Part shown: positions 35,559 through 48,200 of the stretch, in pieces
Numbering within the stretch: position 1 is the first letter of the stretch
How the letters are laid out: every line of letters begins with the position of its first letter
Origin: Amoebophrya sp. A120
Lineage: Eukaryota > Protista > Dinoflagellata
DNA: 64,000 nucleotides
Reading direction: 5' to 3'
Assembly (NCBI GenBank): GCA_905178155.1
Contig: CAJINV010000013.1
Location: forward strand, 1,988,281 to 2,052,280
Translations under genes and position numbers: made by a program
Notes under the pieces: generated by a model
Told to the model about the DNA's origin: nothing
The model's database searches: none
Seen by the model: the letters and a program-made list of their open reading frames with translations, nothing else

Positions 35559-37008
35559 CTAGGCCCTCCTCGCCGACAACGACGAGGCGCCCGCCCTGCT
35601 CTTGTTCTGCCGCAGCTTGTCGAACAAGCCCGCCACCACGCGCCGCCTGCGTTCAGCCTTTTCTTGCGCGCCCCCAGCGGCGCCCTTGTCGTTGGTGGTG
35701 GTCTTGTCTTTGTTTCTGCCCTGGCTTTTTGTGTTCGTGATTTTCTTCTTGAATTTCTTCACCACTCCGCTTCCATTCTTCTTGCTTTTTCCGCGCACGT
35801 CTACGACCAGCTGCTGCTGCTGCTGCTGTTGCGGCGGCACCTGCGGCTGGTTTGCGCCTCCGCCTGCGTTGGTTGAGGAGGAAGATGTGGAAGGAGCACC
35901 CGCACCTGCGCCGTCGAGGGTGTTGCTATTTCCGGTCCCGGTCGCCATAGGCGGCTGAGACTCCTCAATGGGCGTTTTGTCCGACATCTCGTCCCCCTCC
36001 TCGTCGCTTTTTCCACCGCCATCGCCTTGCTCGTCGTCCTTAGCGTTGTGGTCGTCGTCCAGTTTGTTGTTGCTGCGTTCCAACTTCTTCTGGAACTTTT
36101 CGAACTCTTTCACATTCCGCGCGATGTACTCCTTCGCCTGCAAATCGGTGAGGAGCACGCGCGTGACGTTCCTCATTTCCGACTGGGCGATGCTGTTGAG
36201 CTGCATAAGTTCTTCATTACTCTTAGAGTTTATCTCGACCCAGCCATTCTTTTGCACCCGCACGTGCCGGATGAAGCTGTGCTGCATCCGCGAGAAAGCC
36301 GTCTGCATCTCGCTGGCAAGAGAGACGCTTTCGCCCGCCTGCGTGTCGGTGTAAGTGGCGCAGGCCGGGGCACTTGACCAAGGCCATTTTCCCGTCGTCT
36401 CGCTCCTCCAGTCTCTGCACCGTTTCCCCGTCTTCCACGGAGGCGTTGCCTGCTGCTTTCGCGATTTTCTTGAGCAGCTCCGGCCTCCACGTCTTCACCC
36501 GCTCCGCCGGTGTCAGGCCGGTGATCGGGTTCTTGAAGTACTTCGGGCTGACCGAAGTAGCCGCGGGGTCGGCATCTACCGGGATTGCTTTCACGGTGTG
36601 GGTTCGTGGGGATCGCGGGGCCCTGCTGGAAGTCTTCATATTGATGTTAATACTCCCGAGGACGGAGTCTTGGCTCCTTTCTGCCGCAGCAGCAGCAGCG
36701 TCATCGTCGCTGCTCCGCTCGTCGTCAGGGCAGTCGCCGATGACTTTGTAGCCTTTCTCCTCCTCCAGTTTGCGCGCCTTCCAATCGGCGAACGGCTCCG
36801 CTTCAACGCCCTTGATGCAGATGATGTTGCTTGCTTTTTGTTGTGCCAAGTCGAACTGCATCTGGGTGAAGGTTTTTGTTGCCGTGGGGGCGGCTTTCGG
36901 GGCTTCGTTATTCTTCCCGGACTTGCCTTTGCCGCCTCCCTTCTTGTTTTTCTTGCCCTTGTTCCCCTTGCCTTCTCCGGCGCTGCGTCCGCGGTTTGGT
37001 TGGCCCAT
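35559..37008 (-). pseudogene. Basic, Lys/Gly-rich ORF split by one frameshift near 36365; possible LINE ORF1 or host gene
   Basis: Overlapping ORFs 36223-37008 and 35559-36308, same strand as and about 1 kb upstream of the endonuclease ORF. Confidence 0.45.
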
Positions 37009-37409
37009 GGTTTTTGATTTTTTGAGGTGTTTTGACTTGATGCTAAGTGCAGGGAGCAGGTTTTTTCTTGTGCAAAAACAATAGCAGAGCCTTACTTTAT
37101 TTTCTTTTGCATGAAGGTCTTATCGTTTGACATCTACTACATTATGAGTTTTTTGATTTTGTTCATCAAGTGCTCGACGTAAAGGCAGGGAATCTATAGC
37201 AACGGAAAAAACTTAAGTAGAAGAGAATCGAAGTGTGTAAATCTAAGTCGTTTGGCCAGTCGCGAGAAACATCAGTGAGGAACTTTTTCGTTGAGCTTTC
37301 GGCGTTGGGGACCATCCAATTTACGATTTAGCACGTCATCGCTTTTTCCTTTTTGGGGATCATTTCGCAGACTAGGCTCTTCTATCAAAAAACAAAAAAT
37401 TCGAGTGCT

Positions 37410-39400
37410 CTATCCATCTAGTTGTCGCTGTCGTGATATTGAGCTTTGCTCAGCATGGCAAAAAAAAAAAGTATAAAAGATACCAGAACTACTACTAGTA
37501 GTACTGGAACTGGTCCCAGTGGCACCACCAGTAGTGAGTCCCCCGACCTCCTGCATTGCCAAGGAGCCCCCCGACGTATTAGCGTTCATTCCGATTACTG
37601 CTCCGCTCCGCCGAAAAGGTCGTACTGAGAATCGTTGCTCGTCAACGACTGCATCTTCCTGGCTGTTCGTCGAACACTTGTCGCAGTGCAGATGATCGTC
37701 CAGTAGGGCGTGGTTCGCCGCGCCGATAATATCATCTGCAGCATGTAGTTCCTCTTCTTGCCGCCCGTGCATGACATGCTGACTCAAGACATCGAAGCGG
37801 TACGGCGAAACCGACCGCGGGAACGGATCGGGGGCTCCGTCTCGGCTATGGGATTCTCAAGCGTTTTTACACTCTCAACTGTTACATGAATTTGTCATGT
37901 AAGAATCTTCGCGAAAATGAGAGGCGGGACTTTCTTTCCTTTGGCCGTGCGCGTCTTGCATTACAGACGTGGCACAGATCTCCATGCTGTTTGGCCCTTC
38001 GAGAATTCGTCATGAGAAGTAGTTTCTTCATCGTGTCGATTCTGCCTGATGGTAATTTTGGTTTTGCATGGCAAATTCATGTAACAGTTGAGGATTAAAC
38101 ACTTGAGAGCTCCATATCGGTACGACCATTCATGGGATCTTCGGTGTGGACGCGTATCCCGAGCGCCACCGTATCCAAGAAAAAAACCGTGCCAGTGTAC
38201 TTATGAGGTGTCTTAGGGTCGTGACAGCGTGACACATTTGTTCCTCATGACAGAGAAATCCTGCCACGCACAGCTAGTAGGTGAAGACACGACGTATGAA
38301 AAAAGGACATGTAGTTTATGGCTGGACAGCACGTTGACAAGTGCAATACGCTATGCTGTGGCGCATACTTTGCATATACAGACTTACATCTACATGTAAA
38401 CAGTTCAGTATTTCTTGCATACAGCGGCGGTCCTGGCGGATCGGTGCGGTCCGTGAAGATCATGCTGTTGCTGTATGCATTGCAAATATCAATCGATCTG
38501 GGTCTCGAAGATCGGGGTGATATTGTGTAATAATTGCTCAGCGGCCTAGGCCTTGCCTCTGGACGAGCCACGCTCAACAACTTTTTGAGATGCGATTTCC
38601 TCCGCAAGATCCCGCGTCTCATCAGCAAAAGAGAAGCCGCTATTGCATGACAAAGATAAAAGAGGGACTGTAATCGCAGAAGGCATGAGAGGTTTTTCTC
38701 TACTCCTGTGTCTGAGCCAAGCATTTCAAATAACATCGCATTTTTTATTTTCCAGACCCAGATCGATGTTTGCATTTGATATGCTGGTGGCTGCTATGAA
38801 AATAATGGTTGCAGCTATGATCATCACGCACTGCGATGGCAGTGCTTCTGGCAGCGACCCGTGCCTTTGCAAGCGCAGTTGCGGCACTCGGAAAGCAAAA
38901 CGCCAGCGCAACGAGAAAGAGTACTACTACGTTTGATGCGGCTGCGTTTGTCGAAGAAGTAGAGGATGTTGTTGTTGACCTTGACGGAAAGATTTTGAAG
39001 CAGAATAATTGAAATTGTTGTATCGCAAGAAATAAAAACTGCCTCAGTCTCAAACTTTGTCTTTGCAGACGGAGTAATACGAATCTGGTCAGCATGACAC
39101 CGAAAACCTGTGATGAGATGCGTCAGACGCACGGGAAAACAACACATATGAAAGACGACTTTGTTCCTGCATTTCGTGCCTGACCAAGAACTGTCTCAAG
39201 GAACTTGCGCATAAACAAGTTGAGACTGTGAGACAGTTTTTTCTCAGGATAATATGTTGTAGTGTTCGTGCACGATCCGAACTTCTGCTCCTGCACACCG
39301 ACGACGACGGTGAGTAGCCACAGCAGCTCCAACAGCGCTCCCGTGTTTTGATGTTCTTGCGTCTTTCCATAATCCATACTGGTGTCATCATCTTCTCCTG
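37410..39400 (-). CDS. Probable multi-exon unknown gene (only the 3' exons resolved)
   Basis: ORF 37410-37787 extends in frame across the 37847-38116 element (HEWSYR-DGAPDPFP). Confidence 0.4.
37847..38116. mobile_element. Introner-like TIR element, distinct family, 270 bp
   Basis: DR tcggc/tcggt; ~55-bp TIR tatgg..ctcaag..ctcaactgttacatgaatttgycatg. Confidence 0.9.
38295..38421. mobile_element. Possible degenerate introner
   Basis: tatgaaaaaa...tttcttgcata ends; flanks cgacg/cagcg. Frame restoration not shown. Confidence 0.3.
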
Positions 39401-41255
39401 CTTCATCTGTGCTTGCTACAACTACCCGAAGAAGAGGCGTTTCCTGTTATTGTTGCGCTCTCTCGTAGAGGACACTACTTGTGGTCGTTGTACGTAGTAG
39501 TTGCCACCAGGACGACGGACCCGTGTTTTTGGACGAGAAATTTTATACTTTGCCGTGGTCGGAGTTGCAATTTTTTGATGGTGCAGAAGTTGTGAACCCT
39601 GCGGGCCACTCTCGAAAGAAGGTTCTTGTTCGCCTAGATACACCTTCTGCTTCTTGCGGAGGTGGTGTACAGACCACTTCTGGTTCTGCGTTGAATAAAA
39701 TTATCCGTTTGTTACTACAGCAGGCGCCTCGCGGTGCTGTCTTGTCCATCACAAATATTTCCGGGTCTGGACCACGAAAGTTAAGTCGTGCTGCAAAAAT
39801 AATTTAAATGTGTGGTGTGAGAGAAAGCACAAACTGCTGATGTAATACGGAGCCACGCGTAACAATTTTGTTGCGTAGCCGCGACGTCTACTTGCGTATA
39901 GCTGCGCACGACAGCGTGTTGATTTTGCATGGCACCAAAAAATAGTTACGACCGGCGGCGCACGCGTATCATATCGTACTTCCTGAATGTGAATCATCAT
40001 GACAGGTCTTCGTGAATATTCGACTCAGCATCGGGTGGCAGTGGCTGCGCCAGCAAACACGCATGAAAAGTCATCTTATTTCATCCTTCCAGAGGTGGGC
40101 CCAGTCATATTTGCGATGGATAAACAGGCTCTGCTCAAAAAAAAAAAAATTGCAACTACGTGCAGTTCTGCCCCAACTGACTTCTCCCCAGGGCATTAGA
40201 CTGACCTGAGCGGAAGAAAAGCTGCTGCGAGTCCTCCTTCGAGAAGTAATGCACAAAAGGCGGTGGGCACATGAAAATGAAACTGCAATGAGTATCGTGT
40301 AGAAATAATTTTTCGTCAACGGAAAAATCACATCGGTAACTACCTACTCACACCAGCAGCCTGAAATTCAAATTTTTATCTTAATTTCACCATTTTCAAA
40401 TAGGTTGCGAATTTCAGATTTTCTTTAGAAAAAATTGATGAAAAACCAGAAGCAAAAAACATGACGATCAAGGAACTGCCGCGAGAATTTGAATGGCTAC
40501 GCGATCTCTTCTTAGACACCGTCAACGCATTGGCATACGCACACGACGTTGACGTGTCATCTATCTTATACGAGTGAAGCGATAATTTTTCGCACTTGGT
40601 GGTTAATATATGTACTAGAAGCACGTGTACCTCGCCAGCTTCGTCAGTATGACCAGTTGCGAAAAAGAAAAAAGAACCACAACGACTGGAATTTGTGACG
40701 ATCTTCCTCTTGGTCGTTTCAATCTCGACGACGTAAAACCGAAACCGATAGAAGCGTTAGTCTATCCTGTGTAAAAGTAGTATCCATCGGTAGCGCTGCG
40801 TATTCAAATTCGTTCTCGTCGCAGTCATGCATAATTACAGATGATCTTCCTTATTATTTCTTCACGTTGCCCGATTCAGCATGACACGCTGCAATTCTTC
40901 CGGTGGTTGAGAAAATTCGTATATGCAATCCACACTAGTAGAACGACAGTGTTGGTTTTGCAATGCAGCAAGTCTATGTCACCATGCTAAGTAGTTACAA
41001 CAAGATCTTGGCGGGAACATCAATTGTATCGCTGCTGCTGTGGTCTATCGCGACTCACGTTCAAAAAAAGAGGGTATCGTCCTTCCTCGACGATGACGAC
41101 CTTCCAACATAAAAAAGGATGTAGTTTCCAAGAGTATGGGCTTCGATTCGCAAAGAAATTCTTTCCGGTTCGGTCCGAAGAATAGTTTTTTCCCATCGGA
41201 CAAATAGCTCAATGCGCAGTCAATTCTTGGAAATGGTGTAAGTTGAGTAGGTACT

Positions 41256-42662
41256 TTTGGATGCGAAAACAAAAAGTCCGTACACGGTCGTCCTTTGATC
41301 GGATCAGATGGCCGGCTGGACGGACGCCAACCACACCCAAACGAGCACGAGACGCCCGGCCCAACAGAGCAGGCACGAGCGAGTCCTGTAGCAGAGGCGC
41401 CCCCACTGCTTCCAGACCGTGGCCGCGCCGAAAAATCAGGACTCCGCGGCCCACTGCGATTGTTTTTTGGGCCGCCGCCCCCGCTCCCCGCACTGCAAAG
41501 GGCCGGCCCGTCTGCGAACACTTCGTGGCGGCCGCTGGCAGCAGTCGCCGGCCCTGCAAATGCGCCCTGCAAATAGACAGGGCGCCACCCGCTACGGGCT
41601 AGTGGGTGCCCAGCGCCATGCATCCGGCAGGCCTGGTGCCGGCGCAATGCCCTACTTGTCGATCTTCTTCGGCTCGCGGGGCACTCTGGTGGCGGCCGGG
41701 CGCTGGTTCGTTGGCAGGCTGCCGGGCTGGCGCGCGAACAAGCAGGCCGCCGCGAAATGGTGGCGCAAGCCATCCCAGCTAGGCCTCCAGGCCATCGGCC
41801 CCGCAGGCCACCGCGGCAGAGGCCGCCGGCTTTCGAGGCCCCCTGCTGGGCAAAGGAAGCGGCGCCAAGGATTGCACTAATCTACCCGGACAAACGGCGC
41901 GAGGCGATACGGGCGCGGCCACGGCAAAAACGGCGCGCCACGCTGAAATGTCCAGAATCCGCTGGGCGCGATTTTTTCCCCGATGCTGGCACAAGCCGTG
42001 TTCAGCAACGTCCAGAATCCGCAGGGCGCGATTTTAGGCACGACGGCACGATGGGGCCAAAACAGAAGCCCAGGGCCTTTGACAAACCAGACAAAAAACG
42101 AGCCCGGAGAACTTTCGCAAGACTTTCGCTGGGTGGCGAAAAGGAGGCCAAAACGCGAGGCAAATTGGCTCCGGTTTTTTACCCTACGCCGCATGCTATG
42201 CTGCATTTTTGCGGTTGGCCTCCATCGCACAAACCCCTGCCCCAGCGAAAGTTCTCCGGAAGTCATCCGCGACTGCCGGCCACCAGCAGACGAACGCCGC
42301 AAAAAGCCCAGCAGGAAGGCAAAAAGCCGCCCGGCCCGCTGCCTGTTTCCGCCGTTTTTCCCCAATGTCCCCCGGCAGAAGTCTGCTGGCAGGCGTCTTC
42401 TCTTGCTGCCCGCCCGGTGCTTCAGGAGTCGCGTCTGCAACTGGGTACCCATACCAACACCGCCACCGCGGCAAACGCAAATAAAATACCAAGAGCGAGC
42501 CAGCGGCCCTACAGAGATGAGGAGGCGACTGGGTAAAATACCCCCACCATAGCATGAAGTCTTTTGACGGCTAGAATAGCTGGGGCGATTTGAGAGTAAT
42601 TTGGATGCGAAAACAAAAAGTCCGTACACGGACGACCTGTCATCCTTTGATCGGATCAGATG
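41256..42662 (+). mobile_element. GC-rich decayed insertion bounded by 55-63-bp direct repeats
   Basis: ttggatgcgaaaacaaaaagtccgtacacgg...tcctttgatcggatcagatg at 41256-41310 and 42600-42662; a partial third copy at 43847-43882. Confidence 0.6.
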
Positions 42663-43974
42663 ATTGGATTGGATTGGAATTCTGCTCGCTCATGGACGCT
42701 CATGGAGTGGGGCGTACTCGGGGCTGTAAGAGCTCCGGCGAGTGCTTTCATGAGCTAGACTTGACCACGCGTACTGCTATAGTAGAGGCGGCTAACGATG
42801 AACCTGCACCCCTCCCTCGTGTCATACAAACCCCGGGCTTAGGATCAACATGCTTACAGGGGGGACGGGGAAATAGCCCAACCCTGGCAGGTCCACCGAG
42901 AGTCTTGTACTGGCCAATGTAATAACTTCACGCGCCAGACGGGAGCACACGTCGAACCCTAAACCCTGTCTAAGTTATCAGTCACTTACAACTAGTTTTT
43001 TTTTTTCTTCTAACCATGCAAATTTATTATTTTTCATGCATCTCACCTCGGCCTGATGGACATCTTTTTTCTATTTCTTTTTGAACCCTTTTGGTAAAAA
43101 TAAAATAGATCCGTCTAGTAGCACCGCGGGCATGTGCAGACACATCGGCCAGTGTGTGGTTGGGGCGACATGCCATGCACAGCAACTGGGAGCAGGATCT
43201 CCACTAACTTTTTTCCAAAACGATAACAGGAGTGGCTCTTCTGAACACTACTTTTTTTTTTATTTTTGTCATTAGAGTATACGAAACTACCGCCTCTGTT
43301 TCTTCGTTGGCCGAGGTGCATACAAAAAAGAGACCGACTAAAGCCACCGAGCCGCACAGTGGTCTTGTGCGCTACCACTAAATTTAGGTCGAGACGGGCG
43401 CTAGCGCTACGCCCAAACACAGTCATGTAGAAGTATGCCTGATATTAATGATTGTGCGGAACGATGACAGGACAGTTTCGCGGGGACCGACAACGAATGT
43501 ATCTGCAAATTAGACAAATACTTCAAAATATGTGTAGTTCAAGGTGAAGACGAAGATGAAGAACAAGAAGATGAAGTCTATGCATGACACAAACAATAGG
43601 TAAGTGAAAAAGTTTATCCATACTCCACTTTAACCACACACTTCATACACACCCCCGACGACACAGCTGGCGTAATCTTTGGCGCCACTACTTGCCCAGA
43701 GAGCGCACGATCACGGCCTGTGGAAGCTTTTCGAACAGAGACTCCTTGCCACGAGTAAGCTTTCCACACTTCGCTGACAAGTCAAGCCTTCCACACTTCG
43801 CTGACAAGTCAAGCGAACAGTAAGCCTTCAACACTTCGCTCCTTTCCACGGACGACCTGTCATCCTTTGATCGAACCAGATGAACTACAACTACACATGT
43901 AAGATTTACAGTTCATCTTCGTCCCTGCATAGAAGTAGTCCGATTTTCAATCCAAAATAGTACAACGGCAACTA

Positions 43975-44074
43975 NNNNNNNNNNNNNNNNNNNNNNNNNN
44001 NNNNNNNNNNNNNNNNNNNNNNNNNNNNNNNNNNNNNNNNNNNNNNNNNNNNNNNNNNNNNNNNNNNNNNNNNN
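43975..44074. other. Assembly gap (100 N)
   Basis: Run of n. Confidence 1.
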
Positions 44075-45277
44075 TCTGGAATTTACTTTATCAAGAAGGA
44101 TCTGGAATTTGTTTCGTGCCACATCAACATGACCGCATCTAGGATCCGCGATTCAAAGATTTGCCGTCCACGTGAAGACCGAAAGCAATTTTGTGCGGGC
44201 CTGGGCTTGGTCTAGAAATTTGACACTTCATCACGGAGGATCACGATCTTGACCGAGGGGGAACTACAAGGCCACATATCCAACCTTCTCACAAGTAGAT
44301 CCCAAATAAATATTTTTGTGATCTTTTTGCCCGCATAGAAACCTACTGCTTGGATCTTTCGTACAGCAGGAAATTTCTGAATCTGCTCTTTCTTCTTCAC
44401 CTCTTTACTTGCTGCGCTGGAAGTGAGAATGAGAGCTGAACGACCTGACCTGAGTGGAGTCTGAAGATCACCGGATGAAAATGAGAACCGAAAAACCATG
44501 ACGAATGTCAAAACACGCCACGACGAATTTCAAAACCGCGCCGAATGGCCAACCTGCAGCATTCAGGGACCCTCGCGAGGCCCTCGCCCACACGGTTTGT
44601 GCTTGCATTTCAATTTAGAAGTGTCCGAACAGTTTTCTCAGCGACGAAATGAACAACGACGATGAAATGAGCAACTACGCGCTTCTTTTTCTTCTTCTTG
44701 TAAATTTTGGTACTACAGTTGCCCACTTCTTAGCTTCCTCAAGATGAAGCGGCATTCCCGGAGGCTGGGGCTGTTTTCCAAGCCTGGAGACTTGAGGTTT
44801 CGGCTGGAAAAGGCGGGGTGCTCTAACAAACTGCTGGCTTTGGACAGGACAAGCGTCGGATCGAAATGAAAAATCCCTGCTCCCCATATTAATCATTCAA
44901 AAGGCGATTTTTGTTGCTGGTGGATTTGTGTACCTACTTACACCAATCGAATCAGGTTGTTTGTAGAAGTCTGCGTCTGGCGAAAAGCGATAGTAGGCGA
45001 TCTAGGCATGCTCATCGTCATCAGCTACAGCTGCATGATGCTTTACAGCATTGACATTGTAGCAGTTGAGTATGACAGACGTCTCGTCTGCATCTGACCT
45101 AGTAGGGGTACTTGGTTCACTCGCAATACAGATCACGATCTGTGATAAGCTCCTCCCCTCTTCCTTCCTCTCACTCTATGCAACACAAAGGCGCTCGTGG
45201 TTTCACAAATCCGCATCACAAAAGTATATGAGTATGGAGAGGGAGGATTTGTCCCCACAATACATCGCCGTTTCGTA

Positions 45278-48200
45278 CTATCGCGAGAAAAAACTGCTGC
45301 CTTCACAGTAAACTTGTGACACCGAGGAAGGTGCAACATCGGGAGTGTAGTTTGTCTTGCTACACATGCAAGACAGGAATGGATTTTTTGCCTTAGCCGT
45401 GTCTTTCTCCACGACTAGGAACCTCGCATAGCGAATTTTCTCTGTCAAGTGATGTCGAGGAACGAAATCAAGTTGAGTATGCAAAACTTGCAAAATTTTT
45501 AAACAGAGAAACAGATTTTTCGTGCGATACGTACGCCTTGTTCGGGGCCACGGTATCTTGCCCGAAATTCTTGAAACTGCTCTTCCGAGTTAAATACCGG
45601 TCCAGCGTATGCATTGCAAAAGGAAAAGCGTCGCACGAGTAGTCGAAACTGCATGACAAAGTACTTACTTCAGAGGGAAAATGTAATAAAAACTTTTTGT
45701 CTACATGCATAATCAAGACTAAGTTTGCATCCCTAATCCTGAAACCCAAACCAAACCCTGGGAGATCCCGCCGCGACGGACGCCCATCTTGTCAAGCGCG
45801 ATCCCTACATGCATAGTTTTTTGGAAAAGGAAGGCAAAAAGAGAAGGATGAAGCAAAAAAAATCGAGCGAGGCGAGCGAATCTCTCGGCGGCCTATGAAG
45901 GACAATCCAGTGGCCAACCCGAAGTCCAACACAGTAGGGCTTAGTCAAGACTAAGTAAAGAGGAACGCGGAAGCATATCTGAATCTCTCATGAAGTCCTG
46001 CTCAATCGATCTTTTTAAACCTTTTGCATCGAGGATAGAGAGTTTGCTTCGGCAATAGACACAGCACCATCGCGTGCTTCTCAGCGCTGTCCCGGCACAA
46101 CAGCGTCAGCGCGAGGGCAATGCGCTGGTCGAGCGAGTCCGACAGTTGTTGCTCGATGAAAGCTGTGAGATGCAGATGTTGCTCGTCGCCGGACAGCAGT
46201 TTCTGTTTCACCATCGGGTGCTTCACAAATTCCTCCAAGTCGTCATCCAGTAGATTCTGCAAGTAGTATTCTAGGCACCTCTTCTGAAACGGGGTGGACA
46301 CGCCCCATTCTTCCGCGATTTGCAGACCCAAGTTGAGGCTCACCTGCGCTTGTTGGATGGAAATGGTGGTGCTGCTGGTAATCAGTCTATCCATCAGAAA
46401 GCTCAGCCGACGCTCCTCTTGCTCCTCTTTCATCATGTTGACGTGTTGTAAGTTGTAATCTTGCGATCGATTTTCTGCGGGAAATAGGAGCAAATCGCGC
46501 ACCGACAGAGCAGGAGAAGACACGGCTCGTCCGGCTTCTTCTCTATTCCGCGTTCTCGACGCCGTTTGTCGGAGACCGAGAATCAGTTCTGCGTTGGTCG
46601 GAGATGGAGATGGAGTTACTTCTAGCGCCTCAACATCCGAATGATGAACAAGATCCGCGTCGACAGTCATCTGATGCTCCACCAGCAGCAGCACCACTTT
46701 TAACCCGCGCTTCAACAGCTCCAGGCTGTGTTGCGCCGCGAAGATCTTGGCGTGCAGTTTGAGCAGGTACAGAGAGTATCCTGAGTAAAAACATCCCCAC
46801 CCCATAGTCAAGTTGGTAATCTAGCAACACAAATCTCCAAGTTTTGGGCACTGTGCATGACAAGTTTCCCTCTGCAGTGTAGTGCTGATTGGCAAGAGAA
46901 GCCGCATGAGAAAGCCAATTTCGCATCCTGTTTACAGCATTACAGATTCCAAAACACGACTGGAAATGCTTCTCATGGAGCTGCGCATTACAAACGTTCC
47001 TGTCATTGCACATTTGCATGGCAACTCTGGTGTGGGGACGTTTTTACTCAGGATAGAAAGCTGATTTGGTTCACCTGCGACACGTTCTTCTGCAGGTTGA
47101 GCATATCAGATGTAAAAATGTCTGAGTCTGGGTCTGGAAGAATACAAACTTGTGATGTGCATTTCAGAACACAAAAAGATCTCTCATGCATGGGTTGCAA
47201 AAGCTGCCCACTTTATGCCACCAAAGTGGGGGATTTGTCATGCGGATTCGGCATTGCGGAAGCTTCTCCAAACCTGTAATGCTAGCGCTTCCATACCAGA
47301 CCTCCTGTGTCATGCAAAAATAGCGTGACTGTTCCAGACCCAGACATTTTTACACTTGATAGAGCACAAATGGACACAACAGACCGTTGCTGAGTACGGC
47401 TTGCGACTGTTGGTCGTGTATCAGATTGCACAAGAACTCCCCGCGGTCCCCGCTTAACACTCGTAATGCAAAAAGGTAGACTACTCCAGCTGTTGGGTTG
47501 CCTTTTGGCACTGGTTCCAGCAGCCCAGAAGAGACTCAAACAGGAGTACTACAAAAATACAAATTCATAAATCCAGAGGGTAACGGATGCAGTTTTTCTG
47601 ACGCTCCTCCCGTTGCAGCTGCTCCTACTGTCACTGTCTGTGTCTTCCATCAAGAAATTATGCGGGAAAAGAAATAAAGAAGGACTTGTGCATTCTCATA
47701 TTGTGATCGGCACCACTACCAGCACCTGCAGAACTCGCAACATGATTCGTTTGTTGCTGCACCAGTGGTGTGAAAACAGAGGAGTCAAATGCCGCTAGGG
47801 ACGAAGAAGAGGCGATTGATCTACTGCCACGAGCATATCTTTTCCACCTACTCCGCTTTCGATCTTGATCGTGATTTTCGTTGTCGTGGTCACGACCAGT
47901 AAAGTTCACGTTGTTATTGACCTTCATCTATCCTGTGCAAAATTTAAAGTATCGTATTCGTATAAATGCAAGTCTTGCATTACAAGTCTTTTTCTTAAGG
48001 CAAACCCGCAGCACAAATTCTATTTCTGACGCTGAGGAAATTTGTAATGCATTTATACGAGTGCGATACTTTTGCAGTTCATATCATCAGTTCCTCTGCC
48101 TGCGCTGATCCGCCGGGCGACGAGGAGGTGGACATCAAAATGTAGCGGTGCAAGCTTTGCCGCATCGTCGCCTCCTGTAAGTACCGCAGTGGCGGGTAGA

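Noticed and set aside
42955-42967. aaccctaaaccct as telomeric repeat
   Set aside because: Under two full units; compatible with chance.
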